Virus record (IMG/VR): IMGVR_UViG_3300021376_000010
Reading direction: 5' to 3' (one strand)
DNA from: a virus
DNA: 64,000 nucleotides
Shown: in pieces, positions 39,501-47,779 of the stretch
Position numbering within the stretch: position 1 is the stretch's first letter
How the letters are laid out: each line of letters starts with the position of its first letter
Translations under genes and position numbers: made by a program
The notes under the pieces: generated by a model
Told to the model about the DNA's origin: nothing
Seen by the model: only the letters and a program-made list of their open reading frames with translations
Database searches by the model: none

Positions 39501-41098
39501 GTTATGACTCTTCCATCTTCTATACCATCAATGATTAGACCTTCATCTTGCTTGAAAGAACCAGAAACTTGATATAATTTAACTATGTTTGAATTGATTA
39601 CATCAGAAACAACATATCCACTGGAAGAACTATTTTTACCTTCAATAAATGTAGACTCACTTAAAGTTATTGAAGCACTTAACTCTATGACTGTGTATGT
39701 CTGAATGTCATATAGTGAACAATCAAATTCACTTAAAGTATTCGCATATCCAGCATTCCTTAGTTTTAAATCATAAACTCTTGCAACACCAATCTTTTCT
39801 CCAGATGAAAGACCAGGAGTTTGTGTTCTCCTAGAATAAAGAGAAATTTGAGATGTAGATCCAAAACCAACAGGAAGAGACCCAAAAACATTATTTACTA
39901 AGATTTGTCTACCAACACTAAATGGTATAGATTGATTAACTACTTTTTCTGTTGTTCTTGGTTTTTGGAAATCCACAATAGTGGTATCAATAGTTTCAAT
40001 ATCATATCCTCTTACAACTGCTTTTCCTGGAGAAACTAAGATACAACCTACAGAATCATTTGGAACATTGCCTTGCTTTGTCTGTTGATTCTCTACAAAC
40101 AAACCATTATTTCCAATTTGATCATTCAAAGATTCTTTTATTGAAATGTTGAATGGTCTTACATAGTAATCACCAGACTCATCATAAGTCCTTCTTGCTA
40201 GTTCATCCTTGATTAAATCATAATTAGTAGTTTTAACAAATTTTTGTAGAACACCCCTTTCTACACGCAGCAATTCTACAAAATTCTCATCATTAAAATC
40301 ACTTAATTCTTTCTTAATTAAAGTTACATCAAATTTTAATCTATCTGCACCAGGTGCAGAAAAGTTAGAAAATCCTTGAGCATTATCAAACAAATCATTA
40401 TACGAGTTTGATGCTACTGCTAATTCTTCATTAATAAGTAACCCGACTCTATATGAAGGTGAATTTGAGTATTGGTCTAATATTACAGTCTGTGGTTCTA
40501 CAGTCACAAAGAAACCACGAATAAAATATACACCAGATGCTATTTTTGCTGCAGAACCAATAGCAGTTGAATTTGAAATAATTGAAGTAGCAAAAGAAGA
40601 TCCGCTTCTGATAGCAGAAATTCCATAAGTTATATCATTAACTGCTAGTAAATTTTCACCATCAATAAATGTATTGGTTGAAAAGTTAGTGTCACTTGAA
40701 CTTTGGTACTTAATATAAAGAGTATAATTTTTCCTGTCTGAAGTTGAATTTGAAATATAATTTTCTACTTTTGCGGTTACACCACTTGATTCACCCTTAA
40801 TCAATTTTCCAACTAAACTACTAATATACAAAGATACTGGTATCCCAAGATGTGTTTCATCAATTTGGACACAAGTATAATTTGAATCATAAGAAATTTG
40901 TCCAGGAATAACCATTGCACCTTCTTTAAAAAAGTGCTGTCCAAACTTTTCAATCTGATTCTGGAGAATTGTTTGTAATGTTGTTAATTCTCTTGCTTGT
41001 ATTGGAGTTGCTGGTTTAAATAGAACTCTTTGATAATTTTTCTTTGGATCAAAATCATCAAAGTATGGAGATACATTTAAATTAGTATTCTGAGGCAT
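33548..41098 (-). CDS. VrlC-like / DUF4815 large virion structural protein
   Basis: 2516 aa. MPQNTNLNVSPYFDDFD..RVLFKP..QARELTTLQ, APGADRLK, LARRTYDESGDY, FKSGFFVDNF, DPLAQTF, GSLFKSQNG.TW, PKIKDLRAIA. Follows gp8. Confidence 0.85.
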   Translation of the reverse strand: MPQNTNLNVSPYFDDFDPKKNYQRVLFKPATPIQARELTTLQTILQNQIEKFGQHFFKEGAMVIPGQISYDSNYTCVQIDETHLGIPVSLYISSLVGKLIKGESSGVTAKVENYISNSTSDRKNYTLYIKYQSSSDTNFSTNTFIDGENLLAVNDITYGISAIRSGSSFATSIISNSTAIGSAAKIASGVYFIRGFFVTVEPQTVILDQYSNSPSYRVGLLINEELAVASNSYNDLFDNAQGFSNFSAPGADRLKFDVTLIKKELSDFNDENFVELLRVERGVLQKFVKTTNYDLIKDELARRTYDESGDYYVRPFNISIKESLNDQIGNNGLFVENQQTKQGNVPNDSVGCILVSPGKAVVRGYDIETIDTTIVDFQKPRTTEKVVNQSIPFSVGRQILVNNVFGSLPVGFGSTSQISLYSRRTQTPGLSSGEKIGVARVYDLKLRNAGYANTLSEFDCSLYDIQTYTVIELSASITLSESTFIEGKNSSSSGYVVSDVINSNIVKLYQVSGSFKQDEGLIIDGIEDGRVITRVRDYNLTDVHQIVGINTAAGIGSFTADPILNKKISLTESGVQYTITSGTSGISTVTTSTNNFYVGIKTGDIVSYTKQGNVVPTYNEVVSINTSEKKLILIPTNTVPGVSDGTLPSAVITANDFKKVTLDVLNTSNAFLYAKIGNNNISNLDLSSSDISIRKSYIVTVVNNSFNGNLETNVDLNLEPFDEEDYSLSYVLNGNIESLDNQKVYVSGRTVSLVNLSQNGQAILTVTYKKVNTKLKKKLFNRCSSIVIDGSSLVSSGIGKTTLNDGLTYRKPYGLRVQDKTISLNVPDVVNILGIYESSATSEPSLPRIYFTSLNSSLNNFIKGERIIGSTSGAVASYVGNDGVNSIEIVYLNENRFSLGERVTSSETNISGTINAVSIGDKNIKDNYILDNGQRPEYYDYSRIIRKKEVSSPTKKIKVIFNHYTINSSDPGDFVSADSFDKDRYSKDVPIIDGYRNTDIIDLRPRVSQFDVLTATKSPFEYSSRRFSLNANASNHILTKDRIINLSYNYYLPRIDKLFLTKEGTFVINNGVSSNFPKAPNNLDSALEIATFYYPPYLYDMKDVRVSLSSHKRYTMKDISRLENRLSNVEYYSSLSLLETDTKNLSIRDPQTGLDKFKSGFFVDNFKSYYGGDISNQSYKASVDTALGVLRPQHYTTSVDLILGSEAIIGIGTTSNPNVDLRFANDLGSKNVKRIGDIVCLDYTDVVYTENRFATRSENVNPFNTPSWVGTIELNPSTDTWIETRRTERTQDVEGNYNTAIQMLGVDTNTGLSPINWNAWETNWTGTSTVEGPVITQIQNPSTLLSSTTVTSGDVITTTDIFQDSLTQFRNNTVTTRTEQTRQGIQFGVSERFDTTSLGDRVVSRAILTLMRSRNIEILARRLKPSTRFYAFFDNRDMTTFMVPKLLEVRMTSGTFIEGETITGFMPVTGVNRAITFRLAKQNHKYGPYNQPTEFYKENPYNPTSSLSGSYSSTTTILNVDTASLENQADSRFFGSVAPSMQLVGALSNAIATVTDIRLVTDSSGTFIGALFIPDPTIPSNPTFESGTKTLALTTSSTNSTVGGSVDSIAEANFTSSGTVDNVESLTLRVRNADIERNIRTDSRTLTETEDRLVANTTLTNRSVISTRVIQRRWVDPLAQTFEVNDNNGVFITKCEIFFRTKDEANIPITLQIRTSYLGLPSQEILPFGEVVLNPDQIQKSEDASVSTTFTFPSPVFLEGGNDYAIVLISNSNSYNVWISRMTEVDVSTINKPEAEKIIVSQQPTLGSLFKSQNGATWEPSQLEDLKFILHRAEFTSTTGSFRFYNPDLGVGNRQIASLRPNPIVAYSKKIIVGLSGTLSTYDVTNLVPGTTILQSNYPNFSGKLSSIVGAVGINSNLSITNPGVGYTENRVYNNLPLTTLSGRGSGAKVNLTIQSGVAIAATVSIGGTGYAIGDTLTVPSSQTGGFGRNLVLTIPNSVGIISSFNSLIIDRVQDEINTSNVANEISYVNPSNGISTISNGLVNYSELLTDGLHFKVNHNNHGMYSDNNMVTLYGIESDVPPQKLVSDFNQAATGSIQVSSVGIFTSFENIGVSSDNPGYIKVSNEIIRYTGYDSAANTLTGITRGIDINNPGVFNVTVIPYHFSGSPVFKYEFNGISLRRINRTHSFADVDINKYPITLDSYHVKVKTDEKGKDRRFGPPKLFFSETKTGGTYDLNVVAPGANTISGPKASQNIQFDSLRPNIQSLLPETTSLDAKIRTVTGKSVNGTELPFSAKEFESISLNSNNYFDNPRIIASRVNEVANLQSYLGYKSFVMEMTLSTSDTKVSPIIDLDRVNIITTMNRLDRPVANYVTDPRVNSLYDDPTSAIYISKIIRLQKGADSLKVYFDAYRDVSNEIIVMYRLLRSDTPDDQQLFELFPGFRNVDLNGNVIDPKNNDGTPDINVLPSSSESEYRSYEYTAKDLPLFNGFQIKIIMAGRNQSVVPKIKDLRAIAVL

Positions 41099-41104
41099 TT
41101 TTCT

Positions 41105-42670
41105 TTAGAACTCCAATACGATTTTAATATCTTCTTTTTGACTTGCTGATCTTGGAATTGCCTTTCTGTTATCGATATAAATTATATCACCAGATTTTTT
41201 GTTATACTCTGCCGATGATATTCCAGCAACAAAATTGCTTCCCAACTGGTATGTCCTACTATTTATTACTGTACTAATACCCGTAAAGTTTCTATCAATT
41301 GATAATGCTGGACCAACAATATTGGGACAATCTATTGTATATGAACCACCAGCAATAGCAGATGATGTAAACCCATAGATTTTATATCCAACACCGACTG
41401 TTGCAAGACCAACTGGTTGGTAATATTTTAAAACACCAGTTACATTATCCCAGGAAGCAACAAATCCAATTGCTGTCAATCCTGTCCCAATTGTTTGTCT
41501 AATTACAGAGTCTACTGGATATGTAGTTTGAGTTGTTAAACCAGAAAGTTTTATGGAATTCAAAGCGCTTACCTGTCCCAAACTTAGTCTTTCTGTATCA
41601 CTACCAAAAATTGTTGGATTTTTTATAATCCCAATTCTAGCAAAGTCGTTTCCAAGAATAATATCTGGATTTTGTTCATCGGTTAAATATCTGGAATAAA
41701 CTAATACTCGATGTGCTCCAAGTTCCCTGTAAATATTATATCCATGTCCTCCTTTTGGTGGAATAATGACATCAAATGTTGCAATCCTTCCATCATTCGA
41801 CAATTCTGATGGAATTCCAGGAGCACCAGGTTGAAATTTGATAATTCCTCTTGTGTATCCAGATCCACCATCTGTAACAAAGACTTCCGATACTTTTCCA
41901 AAAGAATCTACTGTTATTGTTGCTTTTCCTCCAACTCCATCACCAAGGATGGGAATATTTGTAAATGATTTTGAAATTGGTTGATAATTTATTCCTCTAT
42001 CCGTAATTGTAACAATCTCGACTTTACCATTAACGGCATTATTTTTTGTTGCAATTGTTTCACCAACTTCTCCCCAACTTTCTGGAACTGGAATGAATTC
42101 GATAGAATCAAATTTTACAATTTCAGATGGTTTAATGGTGAATAGATATTTCCAAATATACCCATCACCACTTGTTCCTGCTGGTCTTGCCTCTAAGTCA
42201 ATAAATACTGGTTGGTCAAATGATGGTCTTCCCTTTGGGTTTTCTGGATCAGTTCCATTTTGAAGACAAATATAGACTCTAAAATCTTCATTAATTACAT
42301 AAAAATTTGATTCATATAAACTTGGTTGATTTGTTACTGGAGTTTTCTTATAAATTGAATAATCATGTCTGTACATTTCATATGTTGTTCCAGAAGTCCA
42401 CTGGACTTTTCTAATCATCCTCCTCACATCATCATTTGTAATTTTTTTCATAGCAATGATGGTTTCTTTGACCTGATTTTCTTCGTCAAATCCGTCCAAT
42501 GGAGTCAATCCATCACCCCAAATAGCAGATCCACCTGCCTGTGGATTTAGACTATTTGGTTGACCAATAAAGGTATAATAATTATTTGCAGTATTACCAA
42601 CTGAAACTAGACTTTTCACAAAAGTTTCAGCATTCATCACCCTAAATTGTTCAGTTATGATAGCAGGCAT
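41105..42670 (-). CDS. gp8: Baseplate wedge subunit gp8
   Basis: MPAIITEQFR, W.SGTTYEMYRHDY, FYVIN.DFRVYICL.NG, DGYIWKYLFTI, SGDIIYIDNR..R..QKEDIKIVLEF. Start likely 42670. Confidence 0.85.
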   Translation of the reverse strand: MPAIITEQFRVMNAETFVKSLVSVGNTANNYYTFIGQPNSLNPQAGGSAIWGDGLTPLDGFDEENQVKETIIAMKKITNDDVRRMIRKVQWTSGTTYEMYRHDYSIYKKTPVTNQPSLYESNFYVINEDFRVYICLQNGTDPENPKGRPSFDQPVFIDLEARPAGTSGDGYIWKYLFTIKPSEIVKFDSIEFIPVPESWGEVGETIATKNNAVNGKVEIVTITDRGINYQPISKSFTNIPILGDGVGGKATITVDSFGKVSEVFVTDGGSGYTRGIIKFQPGAPGIPSELSNDGRIATFDVIIPPKGGHGYNIYRELGAHRVLVYSRYLTDEQNPDIILGNDFARIGIIKNPTIFGSDTERLSLGQVSALNSIKLSGLTTQTTYPVDSVIRQTIGTGLTAIGFVASWDNVTGVLKYYQPVGLATVGVGYKIYGFTSSAIAGGSYTIDCPNIVGPALSIDRNFTGISTVINSRTYQLGSNFVAGISSAEYNKKSGDIIYIDNRKAIPRSASQKEDIKIVLEF

Positions 42671-42691
42671 TTTATACAACCGTTTTTTCTT

Positions 42692-42699
42692 TATTTAGT
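42692..42699 (-). promoter_or_regulatory. Late promoter variant ACTAAATA
   Basis: Intergenic, ~22 nt upstream of the gp8 ATG, the same spacing as other late promoters here. Confidence 0.5.
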
Positions 42700-42700
42700 T

Positions 42701-45700
42701 CTATTTTAGTCCACGAGTTCTATATACGTCTGGAGCAGTCGATAATCCAATCAATCCATTATTAGTGTTTACAGGGAAATTTCTTGGTTGGAATCTTGTT
42801 CTATTTTGGAAATCATAGATTTTACCCCAAGTGTATTTTCCATAAATTCCATTTTCATTGGTGTTAGTATCTACTTGAATCGGAATGTTTCCTGGTCCAG
42901 TTGTAAAGTAGCATCTTACCGTAACTATTCCAGAAACAGCAGGTGAAACTGTACCAACTCTATAAACACCATCAAGATAAGAAGTTGCAGTTCCAACTCT
43001 TGATGCTGGATAATTGTTCATTCCTCCCATTGAAGTGGTAATTCCAGTTAATGCATGACCAACTGTGGAATTACTATTGTAAATCACAAAATAATCATCC
43101 ACTTCCAATTGACTATTTGTTACTCCAAATGTATTCAGTGAGGAATAACCAATACCTAAAGTCACATTATCATATTGTTCACTCTTCAGCACAAAATCAA
43201 TATGGGTAACACCAACACCAACATAAGTAATTACACCAAAATCACCTTTAGATTTGATTGAATATATCTTTTCACTGACTGAATCATTACCTTCAAGAAG
43301 AACTGGTGGGGGAGTTGATTGAGAATAACCAAATCCAGGATTTACGACCTGAATTGAAGATACAGCACCAGTTGTTACTGTAGAAACTCCTGTTGCCCTA
43401 TTGTAAATTGGTTCTGCATACATTGTGGTTCCAGAAGTTCCAACGAGTAAATACCTACCTTCCTCAGCAATAATTGGTCCAATTGGTCTTATTTCTGGAG
43501 GCAATGGAGCAGGTATGAATGCGAGATCTTTTACTACATTATTTTGGTTTGTTACCCTTTGTGTCCAATATTGTAAATCCAATGAGAATAATAATTGATT
43601 TGTTCCAGTTAAAGCGACATATACCCCATACTCGTATTTTATATTGATTAGGTCATCTGATATATTTGGAATTATTCTTTCCCAACCAGTATTTCCAATT
43701 CTAGAGACAAAAATTGTTGCATTTTGACCAACAGCAACAAATTGAGTTCCTGTCCATATAATTTTTTCAAAATTTCTGGTTGTTGGTAAAGAAACGATTC
43801 TATCCCAAATATTCCCATCAGTAGAATGAATAATTGTTCCACTATCACCAACTACAACAAATCGTGCATTATTGTTGGCAACACCATTTAGATTGGTAAA
43901 GACTGGTGGATTTTTCTTAAAGAATGCGGTAGTTCCTATTCCTACACCAGTAAATAGACCAGTTCCGTCACCAACTGCAACAGCAGTTCTTCTTAATGAA
44001 GAATAACTAACATCATTAAATGTATTATAATAACTACTAAAGTTGATGATAGGATTTGGAAGTCCAACAACAACTTGCTCTTCAAGTAACTTTATTTCTG
44101 TCCATGCAGATAAAGTGGTATTAATACCAACTGAGGTTACAATCTTTGCGAATTCACCAACAACATAATAACGATTAGATTCTGCAACAGATACAGAGTT
44201 GAAGGATATTGTCTGTCCATAACCTATGGATGATTGAGACCATTTTATTCCATTCGTAGATATTGCGACTACTCCACTTGAACCAACAGAAATAATTGGG
44301 TTTCCGATTGCAATCTTATTTAAGGTATATGAGGAAGAGATTCCATTATTTGAACCCTTCCAATTATAAATTGGGTCTTTTCTTTGTATAAATGCAGAAG
44401 ATATTGCAACAATTGGATTCGTTAATGTATTATAACCAGTTCCTGCATATGAAACAGATAGACTCGAAATTGTTGATGCAGAAGAAACAATAGCAGTAGA
44501 TATTGCTGGTTGAATATCAGTTACATCTACAATGATAATATCTCTTAAGTTCTCACTCAGCAAATCAACTTCACTGAAAAGTGGGAATGCATTATTGACA
44601 TATATCTTCTCATCTTCAGAGAAAACATTTGTAATTAACTTTGTATTTGGAGTTACTCTTGATTTCAAGTCTGGTCTAGATTTGGAATACAAGACACCAT
44701 TAATAATTCTATCTACAGTTTGTTTTGCCCATCTCAATGGTCTTTCTTTTGTTACATCGGTGTTTATACCAATGCTATCATAAGTAAATGTATCTAAAGC
44801 ATCAGAAGATATAATCTTTTTGACAATTCTCTCAAATTGGGGTCTATCACCAGGATCTAAAATGTTTTCACCAATTTGTATAGTATCACCTTCTTTTATT
44901 GTTTTTGGTGGGTCAATCTGTTCAACATCCAAGTCAGACCCTCTAAAGAATAGTATAGTACATTTTGAATTCTCTTTTGGTGCTTCAGTGAAAGTAAGTC
45001 TAGATCCATTAAATGTGTATGATTTTACTGGTTCCTGTAATACATCATTTATAAGCACAAATAGATTATTTTCAATCTGAACATCTGTGCTAGGGTCAGA
45101 TTTTAGGCTCAATACTTCTGTTGTTCCACCTTGGGTTATAGTCAGTGTGAATTTTTTCTTTGAACCAGTAAAGTATTTTGATATATCATCAAATTGTATA
45201 AATTGACCTGGATAGAAACCACTAAACTTATCTGTTAGTGTTTCTTCTACTGTAATTCTAAACTCACTGAATCCAATTCCAATTGATGGATTTGTTGTTA
45301 CACCAACAACTTTTAACACATCACCTACCTTATAATATAATCCTGGTTCTTCAATAACAAATTCAATTACATTTCCTTGATTTCCCACAGTAATTGATGC
45401 CTTTGCCCCAAATCCATTTCCTGCTGAACCAGAAATATACTCTAAAGGCAAATCACTATAACTTGATGGAATTCCAATTGATACTCTTGGAACTGGTGAT
45501 GTCGTATATCCAGTTCCTGGATTGACAATAGAAATAGAAGTAATAGTTCCTCCAGTTCCTATTGTTGCAACTAAAGATGCACCAATGCCAACATTTGATA
45601 AAATTTGAATTTTTGGGGGTCTTCTATATCCACTACCAAAACCTTTTATAGTTACTGCCGATATTGTTCCCGCAGCAGAAACTGTTACTGTTGCACCAGC

Positions 45701-47542
45701 TCCAACTAAAGGTTGATAACCATATCCAGTGTTAATACCAGTTCTGACAATTTTTCCTGCACCTGGTGTTCCAGTCAAGAATTTGATTCTATTTCTTGCC
45801 GCATTATCAATAACAAAATCAGTATTTGATATCTGAGGAACATTATTGATTAGTACAATTGGATTATTGTTGATATCAATTGAACTTGCTAAAACTGTAT
45901 TGGTATTTGTATAAATTCCTACAATATCTTGATCATAGTTCTGGAGGAAAAATTCTGTTGAAGAAGCACCAACAAATTTTGTCGATATGTCATCGAAAAT
46001 GACATTTTTATCATTAGGTGTTCCTGGGTCAAACTTTCTTGTAAATGCTCTTCCAGAAAAACTAGAAGTTACTTTAAGACCTTCGTATCCAGATGGTCCA
46101 TATGGTGGTGTAGTAAAATGAATTTCATCCTTAGATATATTAAAATCACCTCTAAGGATAGTAACAGCAGCACCAACTGTATGATAACCAACCCTTGAAC
46201 CCAAATACCCTCTTGTTACATTAAAGGCATTTGTAGAACCTATTCCAATGGTATTAATTTTCAAATACTCAGAATCAATTTGGATTGTATCTAATGATGT
46301 GATTGATGAGATTCCTGAAAGATAGATTATGTTTGTAGTGACACCAACTGTTGAAACTAAAGATACAGATAAATTTCTCTTATATAAAGGACTTTGAATG
46401 ATATTATCTATTGATATAATTGCACTGGCATTTGGATTATTAAATGTGAATGACTGATATCCTGTGCCATAAGAAATTATATCTAATTCATTTGATGTTG
46501 ATAGTCCAGATACTTTATAATTATCATTATCTATCTTAGAGACATACAGTGTTGATGGTAATTTATCTGTTCCTAAAACTTTCGGAGTCAAATACAAATC
46601 ATCAGCAGGAGTGACTCCACCAACTAAAGAACCTAATATTTTAATCTTATCAGTTAGAGCATATCCAACACCACCATTTGCAACAGTGATAGAAGATACA
46701 TCACCAAATGAATTTCTTGATACATTAAATCTAGCATTAGATCCAAATCCAATTATTGTTGAACTTGGGAGATTTGAATATGAACTTCCTGCTTGACCAA
46801 CAATCCTAGTATTAGCAACAGAAGAAACAGTAAATGACAAATCATTTGTTGGACTTGTTCCATTCATGAAGGTTCCAGAAATTGAAACCGTATCACCAAC
46901 TGCATATCCTCTTCCACCTTCTCTCAAAACTAAAGATGTTGAAATGGGATATCCAGTAGATGAGTTGTAAACAATGAAGACATTGAATTTTGCTCCAGTT
47001 CCAACACCACTTGTAGAGTATGCTGGGAATGGGTCAAAAAATCCGTAGAATCTATTTTGGTTAAGAGAAAGGTCTGGGGTTATTGACGCAGAAGTACCAA
47101 CAATTGTAGTTGAAATCGCAACATTATAACCATTTTCAAAAATAGAAGTTCCATTTCCACCCTCAACTTGCATAATGATTGAAGATTCTGTAGATGCTAC
47201 AGACAGATATGGAGCAGTATCTGGACCTTTTCTAACTATTAATGAACTTTCAACATATGAAGTGGTTGCAATTCCAACTCGTGTTCCTAAATCTTCAGTT
47301 GTTGGAAAATATCCAGACCCAGAATTTATAATAGCAATTCTTCTAATTGAACCACCAACAATCACTGGATAAAATAAACCCTCAACAAGAGGTGGTTTAG
47401 TTCCAAATATTTCTATTTTTGGTGGGTCAGTCGAGGCATAACCCGCACCACTATTCAAGACATCTATGGATGAAACACCATACTCTAAATTAAAGTTAGG
47501 TCTTAAAATAGCACCTGAACCTGGAACTTCTCTTGTTGACAT
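42701..47542 (-). CDS. Large baseplate-associated protein (probable C-terminal half of cyanophage-type gp7) with BNR-type propeller
   Basis: 1613 aa. Many (I/V)..GG.GY repeats, FDDIS..F.G modules, S.(D/N)G..W / VAVG..G.I repeats at ~43400-44400. Confidence 0.7.
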   Translation of the reverse strand: MSTREVPGSGAILRPNFNLEYGVSSIDVLNSGAGYASTDPPKIEIFGTKPPLVEGLFYPVIVGGSIRRIAIINSGSGYFPTTEDLGTRVGIATTSYVESSLIVRKGPDTAPYLSVASTESSIIMQVEGGNGTSIFENGYNVAISTTIVGTSASITPDLSLNQNRFYGFFDPFPAYSTSGVGTGAKFNVFIVYNSSTGYPISTSLVLREGGRGYAVGDTVSISGTFMNGTSPTNDLSFTVSSVANTRIVGQAGSSYSNLPSSTIIGFGSNARFNVSRNSFGDVSSITVANGGVGYALTDKIKILGSLVGGVTPADDLYLTPKVLGTDKLPSTLYVSKIDNDNYKVSGLSTSNELDIISYGTGYQSFTFNNPNASAIISIDNIIQSPLYKRNLSVSLVSTVGVTTNIIYLSGISSITSLDTIQIDSEYLKINTIGIGSTNAFNVTRGYLGSRVGYHTVGAAVTILRGDFNISKDEIHFTTPPYGPSGYEGLKVTSSFSGRAFTRKFDPGTPNDKNVIFDDISTKFVGASSTEFFLQNYDQDIVGIYTNTNTVLASSIDINNNPIVLINNVPQISNTDFVIDNAARNRIKFLTGTPGAGKIVRTGINTGYGYQPLVGAGATVTVSAAGTISAVTIKGFGSGYRRPPKIQILSNVGIGASLVATIGTGGTITSISIVNPGTGYTTSPVPRVSIGIPSSYSDLPLEYISGSAGNGFGAKASITVGNQGNVIEFVIEEPGLYYKVGDVLKVVGVTTNPSIGIGFSEFRITVEETLTDKFSGFYPGQFIQFDDISKYFTGSKKKFTLTITQGGTTEVLSLKSDPSTDVQIENNLFVLINDVLQEPVKSYTFNGSRLTFTEAPKENSKCTILFFRGSDLDVEQIDPPKTIKEGDTIQIGENILDPGDRPQFERIVKKIISSDALDTFTYDSIGINTDVTKERPLRWAKQTVDRIINGVLYSKSRPDLKSRVTPNTKLITNVFSEDEKIYVNNAFPLFSEVDLLSENLRDIIIVDVTDIQPAISTAIVSSASTISSLSVSYAGTGYNTLTNPIVAISSAFIQRKDPIYNWKGSNNGISSSYTLNKIAIGNPIISVGSSGVVAISTNGIKWSQSSIGYGQTISFNSVSVAESNRYYVVGEFAKIVTSVGINTTLSAWTEIKLLEEQVVVGLPNPIINFSSYYNTFNDVSYSSLRRTAVAVGDGTGLFTGVGIGTTAFFKKNPPVFTNLNGVANNNARFVVVGDSGTIIHSTDGNIWDRIVSLPTTRNFEKIIWTGTQFVAVGQNATIFVSRIGNTGWERIIPNISDDLINIKYEYGVYVALTGTNQLLFSLDLQYWTQRVTNQNNVVKDLAFIPAPLPPEIRPIGPIIAEEGRYLLVGTSGTTMYAEPIYNRATGVSTVTTGAVSSIQVVNPGFGYSQSTPPPVLLEGNDSVSEKIYSIKSKGDFGVITYVGVGVTHIDFVLKSEQYDNVTLGIGYSSLNTFGVTNSQLEVDDYFVIYNSNSTVGHALTGITTSMGGMNNYPASRVGTATSYLDGVYRVGTVSPAVSGIVTVRCYFTTGPGNIPIQVDTNTNENGIYGKYTWGKIYDFQNRTRFQPRNFPVNTNNGLIGLSTAPDVYRTRGLK

Positions 47543-47548
47543 ATTTTT

Positions 47549-47779
47549 TTACTTATTATAAACACCACGGGGGAATAATTGTCCTTTTGCTGGTCTTCTT
47601 CCTGTAAGATATCCAGGAGTAGATAAGTCTTCATCTCTTAATGAAAGATTTCCAATAGAAATCGTTCCATTTGTTTCTGGAATTACAAATGGTGTCGTTG
47701 CGGAATCAAATGTATATTCAACATCTACATTTGTTCCAGAAACTTGAGTCTCTAGTGAAATGAAAGTAAATTCGGGCAT
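47549..47779 (-). CDS. Small conserved tail-associated protein
   Basis: 76 aa ending PGYLTGRRP..GQLFPRGVYNK. TAATG-coupled to the upstream gene. Confidence 0.6.
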   Translation of the reverse strand: MPEFTFISLETQVSGTNVDVEYTFDSATTPFVIPETNGTISIGNLSLRDEDLSTPGYLTGRRPAKGQLFPRGVYNK

